A stretch of 64,000 bases of DNA from an uncultured delta proteobacterium (GTDB taxonomy: Bacteria; Desulfobacterota; Desulfuromonadia; Desulfuromonadales; JACZKF01): the NCBI GenBank assembly GCA_963816395.1, contig CAWFKQ010000006.1, positions 526-64,525 of the forward strand. The letters run 5' to 3'. Shown here piece after piece: positions 22,901 through 31,517 of this stretch (position 1 is its first letter; each line of letters opens with the position of its first letter). Both the position numbers and the translations under genes were made by a program. The notes under the pieces were generated by a model. That model did no database searches. It worked only from the letters and a program-made list of their open reading frames with translations, and was not told where the DNA came from.

Positions 22901-23232
22901 ATACCGGTTCGGCGGCCTGGATGTACCGGGCCTGGGTTGAAGAGGTTCTCGGCCTACAGGTGCGCAGTGGGCAGATGCGGGTAAATCCGGTCATACCGGC
23001 AGCGTGGCCGGGCTTCAGCCTTCAGTACCGGCATGGGGAAACGATTTACGCGATCCAGGTGGAGAATCCGCACGGTTGCGAGAGCGGCGTCGCCTGGGTG
23101 GAGATCGATGGCCGGCGCGTGGCCGGCGGCGTGATTCTGCTGGAGCGGGGGCTGGTGAAACATCGGGTAGTCGTGCGGATGGGGACACCGGAAGAGCCGG
23201 GTAGCGGGGCTTTCGGCGTAAGGCAGTCATGA
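13965..23232 (+). CDS. cyclic beta-1,2-glucan synthase-like giant protein (GT84 + GH94-type phosphorylase domain); one apparent frameshift near 22118-22125
   Basis: GT84-type motifs: LDSDTQLP, SHDLIEG, RWIRGDWQ. Central region: PPDNYQ...RTSPTNIG. C-terminal GH94-like motifs: FGFRDQLQD, GTGDWNDGMN, ENGGQYTHAALW. ORF 13965..22136 and ORF 21955..23232 join at EVFSTP|EVSAERATLFEH if one G is removed. The true start is uncertain (TTG 13965, or GTG about 14036 with an AAAGGA RBS). Confidence 0.85.
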
Positions 23233-24098
23233 GCAATAAAGGTTACTGGCTCTATGCGGCGATTGCCCGTCAGCTCCTTGCCGCGCAGGACAGAGGCGAG
23301 GACCACATCGACATTTCGGTCGATCTGAACCTCTCCCGTGCCACCTTTGTCCTCGGTCGGGAAGAACTGGTCCTGGATACGGATAATCGGCTGAGCCGGG
23401 CGGAGCTGCGGCAGATTGCGGGCAAGGAGAACAGAATCTTCACCCTGCAGGGCGGCCGGCTGGAAGTGCTCGAGGTCAGGGACGGCGGTTATTACAAGCT
23501 CGTTCCCACGGAGCAGGCGCCACTGTTGGAAATCAGCGGGGTGAAAATGCACATCTCGAAGGGAATCAACCCCTTTGCGAGTGCCGAGCAGATGGCCGCG
23601 CAAATCGTGAAACAGGGGGACCGGGTGCTGGATACCTGCAGCGGCCTCGGTTATGCGGCCTCGGCCGCCCTGAAGCTCGGTGCCCGCGAAGTCGTCTCGG
23701 TCGAGCGCAGTAGCGCGGTCATGGCGCTGCGCCGGAGAAATCCGTGGTCACAGAGAATATTCGGCGAAAACATTCAGCTCGTACATGCCGATATCGATGA
23801 ATACATCCGGGAGTTCGCGGCGGAATCCTTTGACGCGGTTATCCATGATCCGCCCAGACTTTCCCTCGCCGGGGAGCTCTACAGTGAGCGGTTCTACCGG
23901 GAGATTTACCGGGTGCTGAAGAGGCGAGGGGCGCTGTTCCATTATACGGGCAACCCGCATCTGCTGAAACACGGCACCAGTTTTATCGAGCAGGCGGCGC
24001 AGCGGCTCCGGGTGGCCGGCTTCAGCAAGGTGGTGAAAGTCGCCGGGCTCATGGGTGTCACGGCGCGAGTAACCGGGACGGGGGGCGGTCGCCACTAG
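23229..24098 (+). CDS. class I SAM-dependent methyltransferase (DPPR motif), translationally coupled to the glucan-synthase-like gene
   Basis: VLDTCSGLGYAA (motif I), VIHDPPR (motif IV) and a ~130-aa N-terminal beta-rich domain. The ATG overlaps the upstream TGA (ATGA). Confidence 0.8.
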   Translation: MSNKGYWLYAAIARQLLAAQDRGEDHIDISVDLNLSRATFVLGREELVLDTDNRLSRAELRQIAGKENRIFTLQGGRLEVLEVRDGGYYKLVPTEQAPLLEISGVKMHISKGINPFASAEQMAAQIVKQGDRVLDTCSGLGYAASAALKLGAREVVSVERSSAVMALRRRNPWSQRIFGENIQLVHADIDEYIREFAAESFDAVIHDPPRLSLAGELYSERFYREIYRVLKRRGALFHYTGNPHLLKHGTSFIEQAAQRLRVAGFSKVVKVAGLMGVTARVTGTGGGRH

Positions 24099-24301
24099 GC
24101 CAGATTCGCTGTCGTGCCGGCGTCCTTCCCCGGATATCCGCAGTCATTCACGGCAACCCAGCAGAAAAGTGCCTTTGCCCCGGCTACCGCTCTTTCCTTG
24201 CCGATCCTTTGCAGCTTAGCCGCATCGATGCCGGTGACTTCGCTGACCCTCGGGAGAAGTGTGACAAGGGAAAAAGGGGCCTGCTTCCTCCTCTCGGTCA
24301 T
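24095..24301 (-). pseudogene. fragment resembling the C-terminal DnaA-C-like HTH region of IS200/REP-associated (COG1943-type) transposases
   Basis: 68 aa: ...LLPRVSEVTGIDAAKLQRIGKERAVAGAKALFCWVAVNDCGYPG... This matches the L..V....G.....L....R......A..L..Y.AV...G pattern of those proteins. No Y1 catalytic domain is present. Assignment is from memory only. Confidence 0.35.
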
Positions 24302-24328
24302 GGCCGCCGGTCAGCGCTTTATACAAAT

Positions 24329-24351
24329 CCGCCGCTGTTCTCTGGCGGCGG
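24329..24351 (-). terminator. hairpin downstream of mscL
   Basis: CCGCCGC / GCGGCGG stem with a 9-nt loop, followed on the minus strand by ATTTGTAT. Confidence 0.35.
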
Positions 24352-24401
24352 TATGCGGAGAAGGTCCCAAAAAGATAAATCTGCCGTCCCCGGAACGTCC
24401 G

Positions 24402-24866
24402 TCAATGTTCAAGTTCCGAAGTGCACAGGGGACAGCGCCGGGCTCGCAGAGGGATGGCCATGGCGCAGTAGGGGCAGTCCCGGGTGGTCGGGGCGGCTTC
24501 GACGGCCGGCGCCTCCTGGCGCCGCTTCAGCCGGTTGACCCCCTTGATCAGGAAGAAAACGGCCAGGGCGATGATGAGAAAGTTGATGATGGTCTGGATG
24601 AACAGGCCGTAGGTCACGATGACGCCGCCGGCCGCCTTGGCCGCCGCCGCGGTGGCATAAGGGCCGGGCATGGCGCCCTCGCGGAGAACGACGAAGAGGT
24701 TGCTGAAATCCACACCCCCCAGCAGCAGACCGATCGGCGGCATCAGGACATCGTCGACCAGGGATTTGGTGATGGCGCCGAAAGCGGCGCCGATGATGAT
24801 GCCGACGGCCATGTCCACGACGTTGCCGCGCGCCACGAATTCCTTGAATTCCCGGACCATGCCCAT
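24402..24866 (-). CDS. mscL: large-conductance mechanosensitive channel with a C-terminal CxxC...CxxC tail
   Basis: [46 protein letters not shown]... is the canonical MscL N-terminus and TM1. The tail is [27 protein letters not shown]. Confidence 0.95.
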   Translation of the reverse strand: MGMVREFKEFVARGNVVDMAVGIIIGAAFGAITKSLVDDVLMPPIGLLLGGVDFSNLFVVLREGAMPGPYATAAAAKAAGGVIVTYGLFIQTIINFLIIALAVFFLIKGVNRLKRRQEAPAVEAAPTTRDCPYCAMAIPLRARRCPLCTSELEH

Positions 24867-25035
24867 GGTTGCCCTCCAAGAGATGATAATTTTAATTAGT
24901 TTATAATTTTCCCATCTATTGTCAACGGCTGTGGGACATGGCTACAGCCTTGTCTCCCGCCTTCGGCCTGATAATCTTGCCAGATGGTTGTAAGAAGGTC
25001 TCCACCTGACCTGGCGTTACCCTGGGAGCCTCCAA

Positions 25036-27472
25036 ATGGAAGATTACGAGAAACTCGGCGCCTTTTACCTCGGCAAGGTGTACGACCCGCAGCAGGAGAG
25101 ACTGACCGACGAGCTGATTCTCTACGATTCCCGCGACCTGACCACCCACGCGGTGATCATCGGCATGACCGGCAGCGGCAAGACCGGCCTCGGCATCGGT
25201 CTGCTCGAAGAGGCGGCCATCGACCACATACCGGTGATCGCCATCGATCCCAAGGGGGATATGGGAAACCTGCTGCTCACCTTTCCCGATCTGCGCGGCG
25301 AGGATTTTCTCCCCTGGGTCGACAGTCGCGCCGCCGCCGAACAGGGGCTGAGCCCCGAGGAGTACGCCCGGACCCAGGCGCAGGCCTGGCAACAAGGACT
25401 CGCCCAATGGGGCCAGAGCGGCGAGCGGATCCGCAAGCTGCGCGAAGCGGTCGACATGGCGATCTACACCCCCGGCAGTTCGGCCGGGCTGCCGGTCTCG
25501 GTGCTGCGCTCCTTCAATCCTCCCCCGGCTGCGGTCAGCGCCGATCCCGACCTGCTGCGCGAGCGCATCCAGGTCACTGCCACCGGGCTCCTGTCGCTGG
25601 TGGGAATCGACGCCGACCCCATCACCAGCCGTGACCATATCCTGCTCGCCAATCTGCTCGAACGCCTCTGGCGGGAGGGGAAAAGTCTCGACATCGCCGG
25701 GCTGATCGGCGCCATCCAGGAGCCGCCCATGGCGAAAATCGGGGTGCTCGACCTGGAGTCCTTCTATCCCGCGAAAGAGCGCTTCGCCCTCGCCATGCGA
25801 CTGAACAACCTGCTCGCCTCCCCCGGCTTCGAGGCCTGGATGGAGGGGGAGCCCCTCGACGCCGGCCGCCTGCTCTACGGCGAAAGCGGCAAACCGCGGG
25901 TCTCGGTGATTACCATCGCCCACCTTTCCGACAGCGCGCGGATGTTTCTGGTCTGCATGCTGCTCAACGAAATCATCGGCTGGATGCGCAGCCAACCGGG
26001 AACCGGCAGCCTGCGGGCCATCCTTTACATGGACGAGATTTTCGGCTATCTCCCGCCCATCGCCAATCCACCTTCGAAAAAACTTTTCCTGACTCTGCTC
26101 AAGCAGGCCCGGGCCTTCGGCCTGGGCCTGGTGCTCGCCACCCAGAATCCGGTCGACCTCGATTACAAGGCGCTTTCCAATATCGGCACCTGGTTCATCG
26201 GCCGGCTGCAGACCGAACGGGACAAGGCGCGCGTCATGGAGGGACTGGAGGGGGCGGCGGGGGCGGCGAAGTTTGACCGGCAGCGGATGGAACAGACACT
26301 GGCCGGGCTTGGCAAGCGCCGTTTCCTGCTGCACAACGTCCACGAGGACGAAGCGGTGGTGTTTGCCACCCGCTGGGCCCTATCCTATCTGCCCGGGCCG
26401 CTGACCGGGGATCAGATCAAGGCCCTGATGGCCGGGAGGAAAACGGCCCCGGGCACCGCTGCCTCGGCGGCGGCCGCAGCCCACCCCGCGGCTACGTCCG
26501 CGGCACATAAGGCACCACTGCTTCCCGCCGGCGTGCCCCAGTACTATTTCCCGGTACGCCGTGCGGGGGTGGCCGGCAGCGACCTGATCTATTATCCGCG
26601 CCTGTTCGGGGCGGCCGAGCTGCATTATGCGAGCGCCCGCCATCAGGTCGCTGCCAGTCGGACCCTGGCGGTGGCCTGTGAAGTGGAAGAGAGCGCGGTG
26701 CCGGTCGACTGGGACCGCGGCGAGCCGATCGAAAGCAGTCCTTCCGACCTGCAGCAGAAGCCGGTCAGCGGGGCCGGCTTCGCTGAATGTCCGCCGGCGA
26801 TGTACCAGGAGAAAAATTACACCGAGTGGGAAAGGCTGTTCGTCCGCTGGCTGCGCACCAGTCAGGAATTGCGCCTCTGGCGCAGTCCGACATTCAAGCT
26901 GGTTTCGGCGGCCGATGAAACCGAACGCGATTTTCGCATCCGTGTCCAGCAACTGGCCAGCGAGCAGCGCGATGCCGCGGCGGATAAGCTGCGCCGCAAG
27001 TACGCCGAACGCACCGCCACCCTGCAGGAGCGGCTGCGCCGCGCCGAACAGTCCCTGGAGCGGGAGCAGGAGCAGGCCCGCCAGAGCAAATTCAACACCG
27101 CCATCTCCGTCGGCACTGCCCTGCTCGGCGCTTTTCTCGGCCGTAAAACCTTCGGCAGTCGGGACCGCATCACGCATGGGGACGGCGGTCAAGGGTGCGG
27201 GAAGGATCGGCAAGGAAGCCGCGGACGTCGACCGGGCAAAGGAAACCGCCGAGTCTCTGCGTCGCCAGCTCGAAGAACTCGGCAAGGAATTCGAGAAAGA
27301 AGTCGCCGCCCTGGAGAATTCCTTTGACGCCCAGGCGGAGAACCTCGAAGAGGTTCGTGTGCGGCCTGCCTCCCCCGATATCCAGGTACGAATCGTCGCC
27401 CTCGCCTGGTTCCCTTACCTACGTGGTGAAGATGGCAGGCTCTCACCGGCCTGGATGACCGGGCGGACGTAG
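25036..27472 (+). CDS. large HerA/FtsK-superfamily P-loop ATPase (DUF87/DUF853-like) with a coiled-coil C-terminal half; apparent frameshift near 27155-27165
   Basis: Walker A: IIGMTGSGKTG. Walker B: AILYMDEIFGY. Also LATQNPVDLDYKALSNIGTWFIGRLQTERD. The C-terminus continues in ORF 26627..27472 (GTASRMGTAVKGAGRIGKEAADVDRAKETAESLRRQLEEL...). Confidence 0.75.
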
Positions 27473-27649
27473 TCAAAAACGCCTGGCGGTTCATTCCCGC
27501 CTGCATCTGCTCCTATGTTTAATGATAATTGAAGTCGAAGTTTCCGCTTAAAATAGATGAAAATAGTCATCTTTCTATTGACAACCTTTGAAACGGATAT
27601 AACACATTAAGTACAGCAATTAAAAAATGGATAAAAAGGAGAAATAAAG

Positions 27650-28423
27650 ATGAAGCTACGTTTTTCAACCATCTTGGCCCTTGCCGGCAGCCTGATTCTG
27701 GCGCCATATGCCTTCTCGGCGCAAGAGGCGGAGCAGAAGCAGGACAGTAAGTCATATTCTCAGCAGCAGACCTCCACTTCCGACCAGCAGAACCAGACTC
27801 GGCAGAAGGAGTCCGCCACTGCCGGTCAGCAGGACCAGAGTCGACAGCAGAAGCAGACCGCGACGAACCAGCAGCAGAGCCGGTATGCGCAGCAGTTGCT
27901 GACGGCCGACAAACTGAATGGGATGCAGATCCAGAACCAGCAGGGAGAAGATATCGGCTCGGTCGATCAGGTCATCCTTGATGCCAAAGAAGGCAAACTG
28001 GCCTACGTAGTCGTCTCGACCGGCGGTCTCTGGGGTATCGGCGGCCAGAAAGCGATCGTGCCCTGGAATGCCCTGCATCTTCAGAGTGAGCAGGCGCTGC
28101 AGCGGCAGACCGCCCAGCAGCAGGGCCAAGCGGGCCAGCAGGGGCAGACCGCCCAGCAGGGCCAGGCTCAGCAGGGCCAGCAGGTTCTGGTTCTCAATGT
28201 TCAGAAGGATCAGCTGAAGAACGCACCACAGGGTGACCTGCAGAATGTCCTGGATCGCCAGCAAGGTGTTCAAATCCACAAATTCTATGGTGTTGCTCCC
28301 TACTGGGAAAGCGGCCAGGAAGGTTCCCAGCAGCAGAACCTGCCCCCGGGACACCAGTCCAAGGAAATGAGGGGACAGCAGGAGCCGCCGGGACATCAGC
28401 CGAAAGAGGAAGGGAGCCGGTAG
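27650..28423 (+). CDS. secreted PRC-barrel domain protein flanked by Gln-rich low-complexity regions
   Basis: Signal peptide. PRC-barrel core: LNGMQIQNQQGEDIGSVDQVILDAKEGKLAYVVVSTGGLWGIGGQKAIVPWNAL. Long Q/G/T tracts. RBS AAAGGAG. Confidence 0.8.
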   Translation: MKLRFSTILALAGSLILAPYAFSAQEAEQKQDSKSYSQQQTSTSDQQNQTRQKESATAGQQDQSRQQKQTATNQQQSRYAQQLLTADKLNGMQIQNQQGEDIGSVDQVILDAKEGKLAYVVVSTGGLWGIGGQKAIVPWNALHLQSEQALQRQTAQQQGQAGQQGQTAQQGQAQQGQQVLVLNVQKDQLKNAPQGDLQNVLDRQQGVQIHKFYGVAPYWESGQEGSQQQNLPPGHQSKEMRGQQEPPGHQPKEEGSR

Positions 28424-28460
28424 GCAGAAGATAAGCAGCTAACCGGTAACGCCGGTCAAT

Positions 28461-28504
28461 GCAAAAGCAGCAGGGGCGCCCGTCGGCGCCCCTGCTGCTT
28501 TTGC
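28461..28504. terminator. perfect 20-bp-stem hairpin between convergent genes
   Basis: GCAAAAGCAGCAGGGGCGCC-cgtc-GGCGCCCCTGCTGCTTTTGC. Confidence 0.55.
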
Positions 28505-28523
28505 ATTTCCCTCGAAATCCTTC

Positions 28524-29396
28524 CTAGCCTTGGCAGAGATGCAAGAGTTCACCCACCCCCTGCAGGTTCAGGTGGGGCCACCGCTTCTCCGGTAAATGGG
28601 CAAACGCGTCGATATTGCCAACGCCGGAATGAACCGCAATCGCCAGGCAGCCGCCGCGATGCGCCATGGGAACCTCCAACAGCGGGTCGTCTCCGACCAC
28701 CGCCAGATCCTTCAGCCGTACGCCCAGACGACGGCCGGCACAGCGCAGGGCCTCCAGGGAGGGTTTGCCGATAGTGATCACCCGGCAGCCGGTCATATCC
28801 TTGATCACAGCGGACATGATGCGAGAGGGTGCCAGGCTCTTTCCTTCAGCCGTTGCAAAAAATCTGGTCTGCGAGGCGCTGTACAACCCGGCGCCGCCCC
28901 ATATCGCATGGCAGGCCGCTTCCAGTTCATCCAGGGTGACTTCCGGATACCATCCCGCCAGCACCGCATCGGCCTGCGGTTTGCCCTTGGGCGGCACGAG
29001 CTCGAAGCCCGCCTCGAGCAGTGGGCGTTGCACCCCCTCGCCACCAAGCGCCATGACCCGCCGGTAGCCGCGGCGCAGGAAGAGATCGACGGCGCTGGTG
29101 ACCGGAGTCATCACCCGCTCGTCAGGAAAGTCGAAACCGATCTTGCGCAGCGCCTCGGCATATTGCTGCGGCGTGCGTGCAGTTCCGTTGGTGAATAAGA
29201 CGGCGGGAATACCGCGCCCGGTGAGGAAACGCGTAAATTCGACCGCTCCTGGAAGGGGGCTGAGGGCGTGATTGCGCCGGTCTCCCAGAATCAGGGTTCC
29301 GTCCATATCGAACACGAAACCGCACACATTATGCAACCGCTGGAGCACCGCGGACGGAATATCCCGGGAGGAATGACTGAGGGGGGCATCACGCAT
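28524..29396 (-). CDS. HAD-IIA family hydrolase (NagD-like phosphatase)
   Basis: FVFDMDGTL (motif I), FTNG, GKP and VGDDPLLEVPMAHRGG (motif IV). Confidence 0.85.
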   Translation of the reverse strand: MRDAPLSHSSRDIPSAVLQRLHNVCGFVFDMDGTLILGDRRNHALSPLPGAVEFTRFLTGRGIPAVLFTNGTARTPQQYAEALRKIGFDFPDERVMTPVTSAVDLFLRRGYRRVMALGGEGVQRPLLEAGFELVPPKGKPQADAVLAGWYPEVTLDELEAACHAIWGGAGLYSASQTRFFATAEGKSLAPSRIMSAVIKDMTGCRVITIGKPSLEALRCAGRRLGVRLKDLAVVGDDPLLEVPMAHRGGCLAIAVHSGVGNIDAFAHLPEKRWPHLNLQGVGELLHLCQG

Positions 29397-29581
29397 AGGG
29401 AACCCTTTTATTTGGGGCGAGTAATTTCAAGTGACTGATTGTACTCAATAATTTGCTGGGCCAAGGCAGCCAATTTACAGGGTATTAATATGGCGGAGTA
29501 TAACAGGGGAGGGGGCAGGTGAAAAGGAAGTTCTTCCGGGCGGCCGTCGGGCGTTGCTGCTGCTCGAGTGAGAAAAAGAGT

Positions 29582-29640
29582 AAAAAAAGAGGGTCGACTC
29601 TCCATTGTTCATGGACCGTGAAGAATGGAGAGTTGGCCCC
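29582..29640 (-). terminator. rho-independent terminator after the AhpD-like gene
   Basis: Core CTCTCCATT / AATGGAGAG stem (29598-29606 / 29624-29632) with imperfect extension. It is followed on the minus strand by T7 (29582-29588 on the plus strand). Confidence 0.45.
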
Positions 29641-29675
29641 TGTCACTTCCCCTGCCGAGCACGTCCTCCCCGCCG

Positions 29676-30143
29676 TTATCGGTGCCCGAGCGCGCCGGGC
29701 CGGTACCAGCCGACCTCCGAACGGAAGCTGATGGCCAAGCGGTTCCAGCCGTTGATGGCGACAATTGCCAGACTCAAATTAACCAGTTCCTCCTCGCTGA
29801 AATGTTCCCGCGCTGCGTGAAAAACAGCGTCCGGGACCTGATTGTCGGCTATCAGCGTCAACGCCTCGGTCCAGGCCAGCGCCGCGCGTTCCCGATCGCT
29901 GTAGAAGGGCGCCTCGCGCCAGGCGTTGAGCAGATAGAGCCGCTGTTCCGTTTCGCCGGCCGCGCGAGCATCCTTCGAATGCATATCGAGACAAAATGCA
30001 CAGCCATTGATTTGTGAAGCGCGCATCTTGACCAGGCCCAGCAACTGAGTCTCCAGACCGCAATCGTGAAGGTATTTTTCCAGGCCCAACATCGCTCGAT
30101 AGGCGCCCGGGGCGACTTTGAGGGCATCGATTCTCGCTGCCAT
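29676..30143 (-). CDS. carboxymuconolactone decarboxylase / AhpD-like family protein
   Basis: MAARIDALKVAPGAYRAM...ASQINGCAFCLDMH (CxxC) ...WREAPFYSDRERAALAW. RBS AAGGAG before the Met at 30143. Confidence 0.88.
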   Translation of the reverse strand: MAARIDALKVAPGAYRAMLGLEKYLHDCGLETQLLGLVKMRASQINGCAFCLDMHSKDARAAGETEQRLYLLNAWREAPFYSDRERAALAWTEALTLIADNQVPDAVFHAAREHFSEEELVNLSLAIVAINGWNRLAISFRSEVGWYRPGALGHR

Positions 30144-30346
30144 CGTCTGCGTCTCCTTTCCTTGCGGTGTTATCGCTCGCCGCAAAAAAGCCGAACGCGA
30201 ATGAGCAAGGTGCCCAGGTCGGGTTCGGCTGCTCAGTGGTCTTAATTATAGTGCCTGTTCCCAGCGGGGCAAGAGGCGGTACGGGCGAGGCGGGGAAGGC
30301 GGGATTTCAGGATTGCGGCAAGCGTAAGTCTTGATCTGCTCTTTGC

Positions 30347-30427
30347 CGAAATCCTCCTAGCCCTGGCACAGATGCAAGAGTTCACCCACCCCTTGCAGGT
30401 TCAGGAGGAGCCGCCGCTTCTCCGTAA
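30347..30427 (-). pseudogene. orphan copy of the last ~23 codons plus stop of the HAD-IIA gene
   Basis: It aligns to 28513-28594 with about 8 mismatches and 2 small indels. It encodes ...NLQGVGELLHLCQG*, identical over the last 14 residues. No homology continues upstream. Confidence 0.75.
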
Positions 30428-30550
30428 GCACGAATCCCCATCCTTCCCATGGCAACTCTCTCCCCGCCTCTGCTATACTTTCTGTAATTCATTAAACATA
30501 TATGGCCTGTGGAAGAGAACGCGTATGGAATTGACCCGGGAAGAGGCGCC

Positions 30551-31517
30551 ATGAAGCGCGGAAATGCGAGAGTAGGACTACTCTTACTCCTCTTGTCTCT
30601 CGCCGGCTGCCAACAGGCGCCGGAGACGGCTTGGCAGGGGTACGTGGAGGGGGAGTTCGTTCGGGTCGCCTCGCCACTGGCCGGCCGTCTGGAGACCCGA
30701 GCGGTGGCGCGCGGCGACCAGGTGGCGGCCGGGGAGGAGCTGTTCACCCTGGAGCGGCAGGAGGAAGCCGCCGCCGCGGCCGCCGCCCGGCAGGAGCTGA
30801 AGCAGGCGCAGGACAACCTGGCCGACCTGCGCAAAGGGGAGCGGCCGAGCGAACTGGCGGCCCTGGAGGCGCGACTGCGCCAGGCGCAGGCGGCCTTGAA
30901 CTTATCCCAGCAGGAGTTGAAGCGGCGCCGTGACCTGTACGGGCGGCAGATGATCTCCGCCGAGGAGCTGGACCAGGCGCGCACCGCCGTGCAGCGCAAC
31001 GAGGGGGCGGTCCATGACCTGCAGGCGCAGCTGCAGACCGCCCGCCTGGGAGCGCGGCAGGACGTGGTGGAGGCGGCGCGGGCGGCGGTCGGGGCGGCGG
31101 CGGCCCGGCTGGCCCAGGCCGAGTGGGCGCTGGAGCAGAAGAGCCGGACGGCGCCCGCCGGCCGGGCTGGTCTTCGACACCTTTTTCGAGCCGGGAGAAT
31201 TCGTTCCCGCCGGCCAGCCGGTGGTCTCCCTGCTGCCGCCGGCGAACCGCCTGGTGCGCTTTTTCGTCTCCGAGCCGGTGGTCGGCACCCTCAAGGTCGG
31301 CCAGCCGGTGCGCGTCTTTCTCGACGGCCGCGCCGAGCCGGTGCCCGCCGTCATCGATTTCATCTCCCCCCAGGCCGAATACACCCCGCCCGTCATCTAC
31401 AGCCGCGAGACGCGCGGCAAGCTGGTCTACCTGATCGAGGCCCGCCCGCGCCCCGAGGCGGCGACCCTGCTGCATCCGGGGCAGCCGGTCAGCGTGCGGC
31501 CGGAGGAGAGGCCGTGA
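30551..31517 (+). CDS. HlyD-family membrane-fusion/periplasmic adaptor lipoprotein; apparent frameshift near 31150-31165
   Basis: Lipobox LSLAGC. Also GYVEGEFVRVASPLAGRL and the coiled-coil region. After the shift: GLVFDTFFEPGEFVPAGQPV...ISPQAEYTPPVIYSRE (ORF 31014..31517). Confidence 0.82.
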
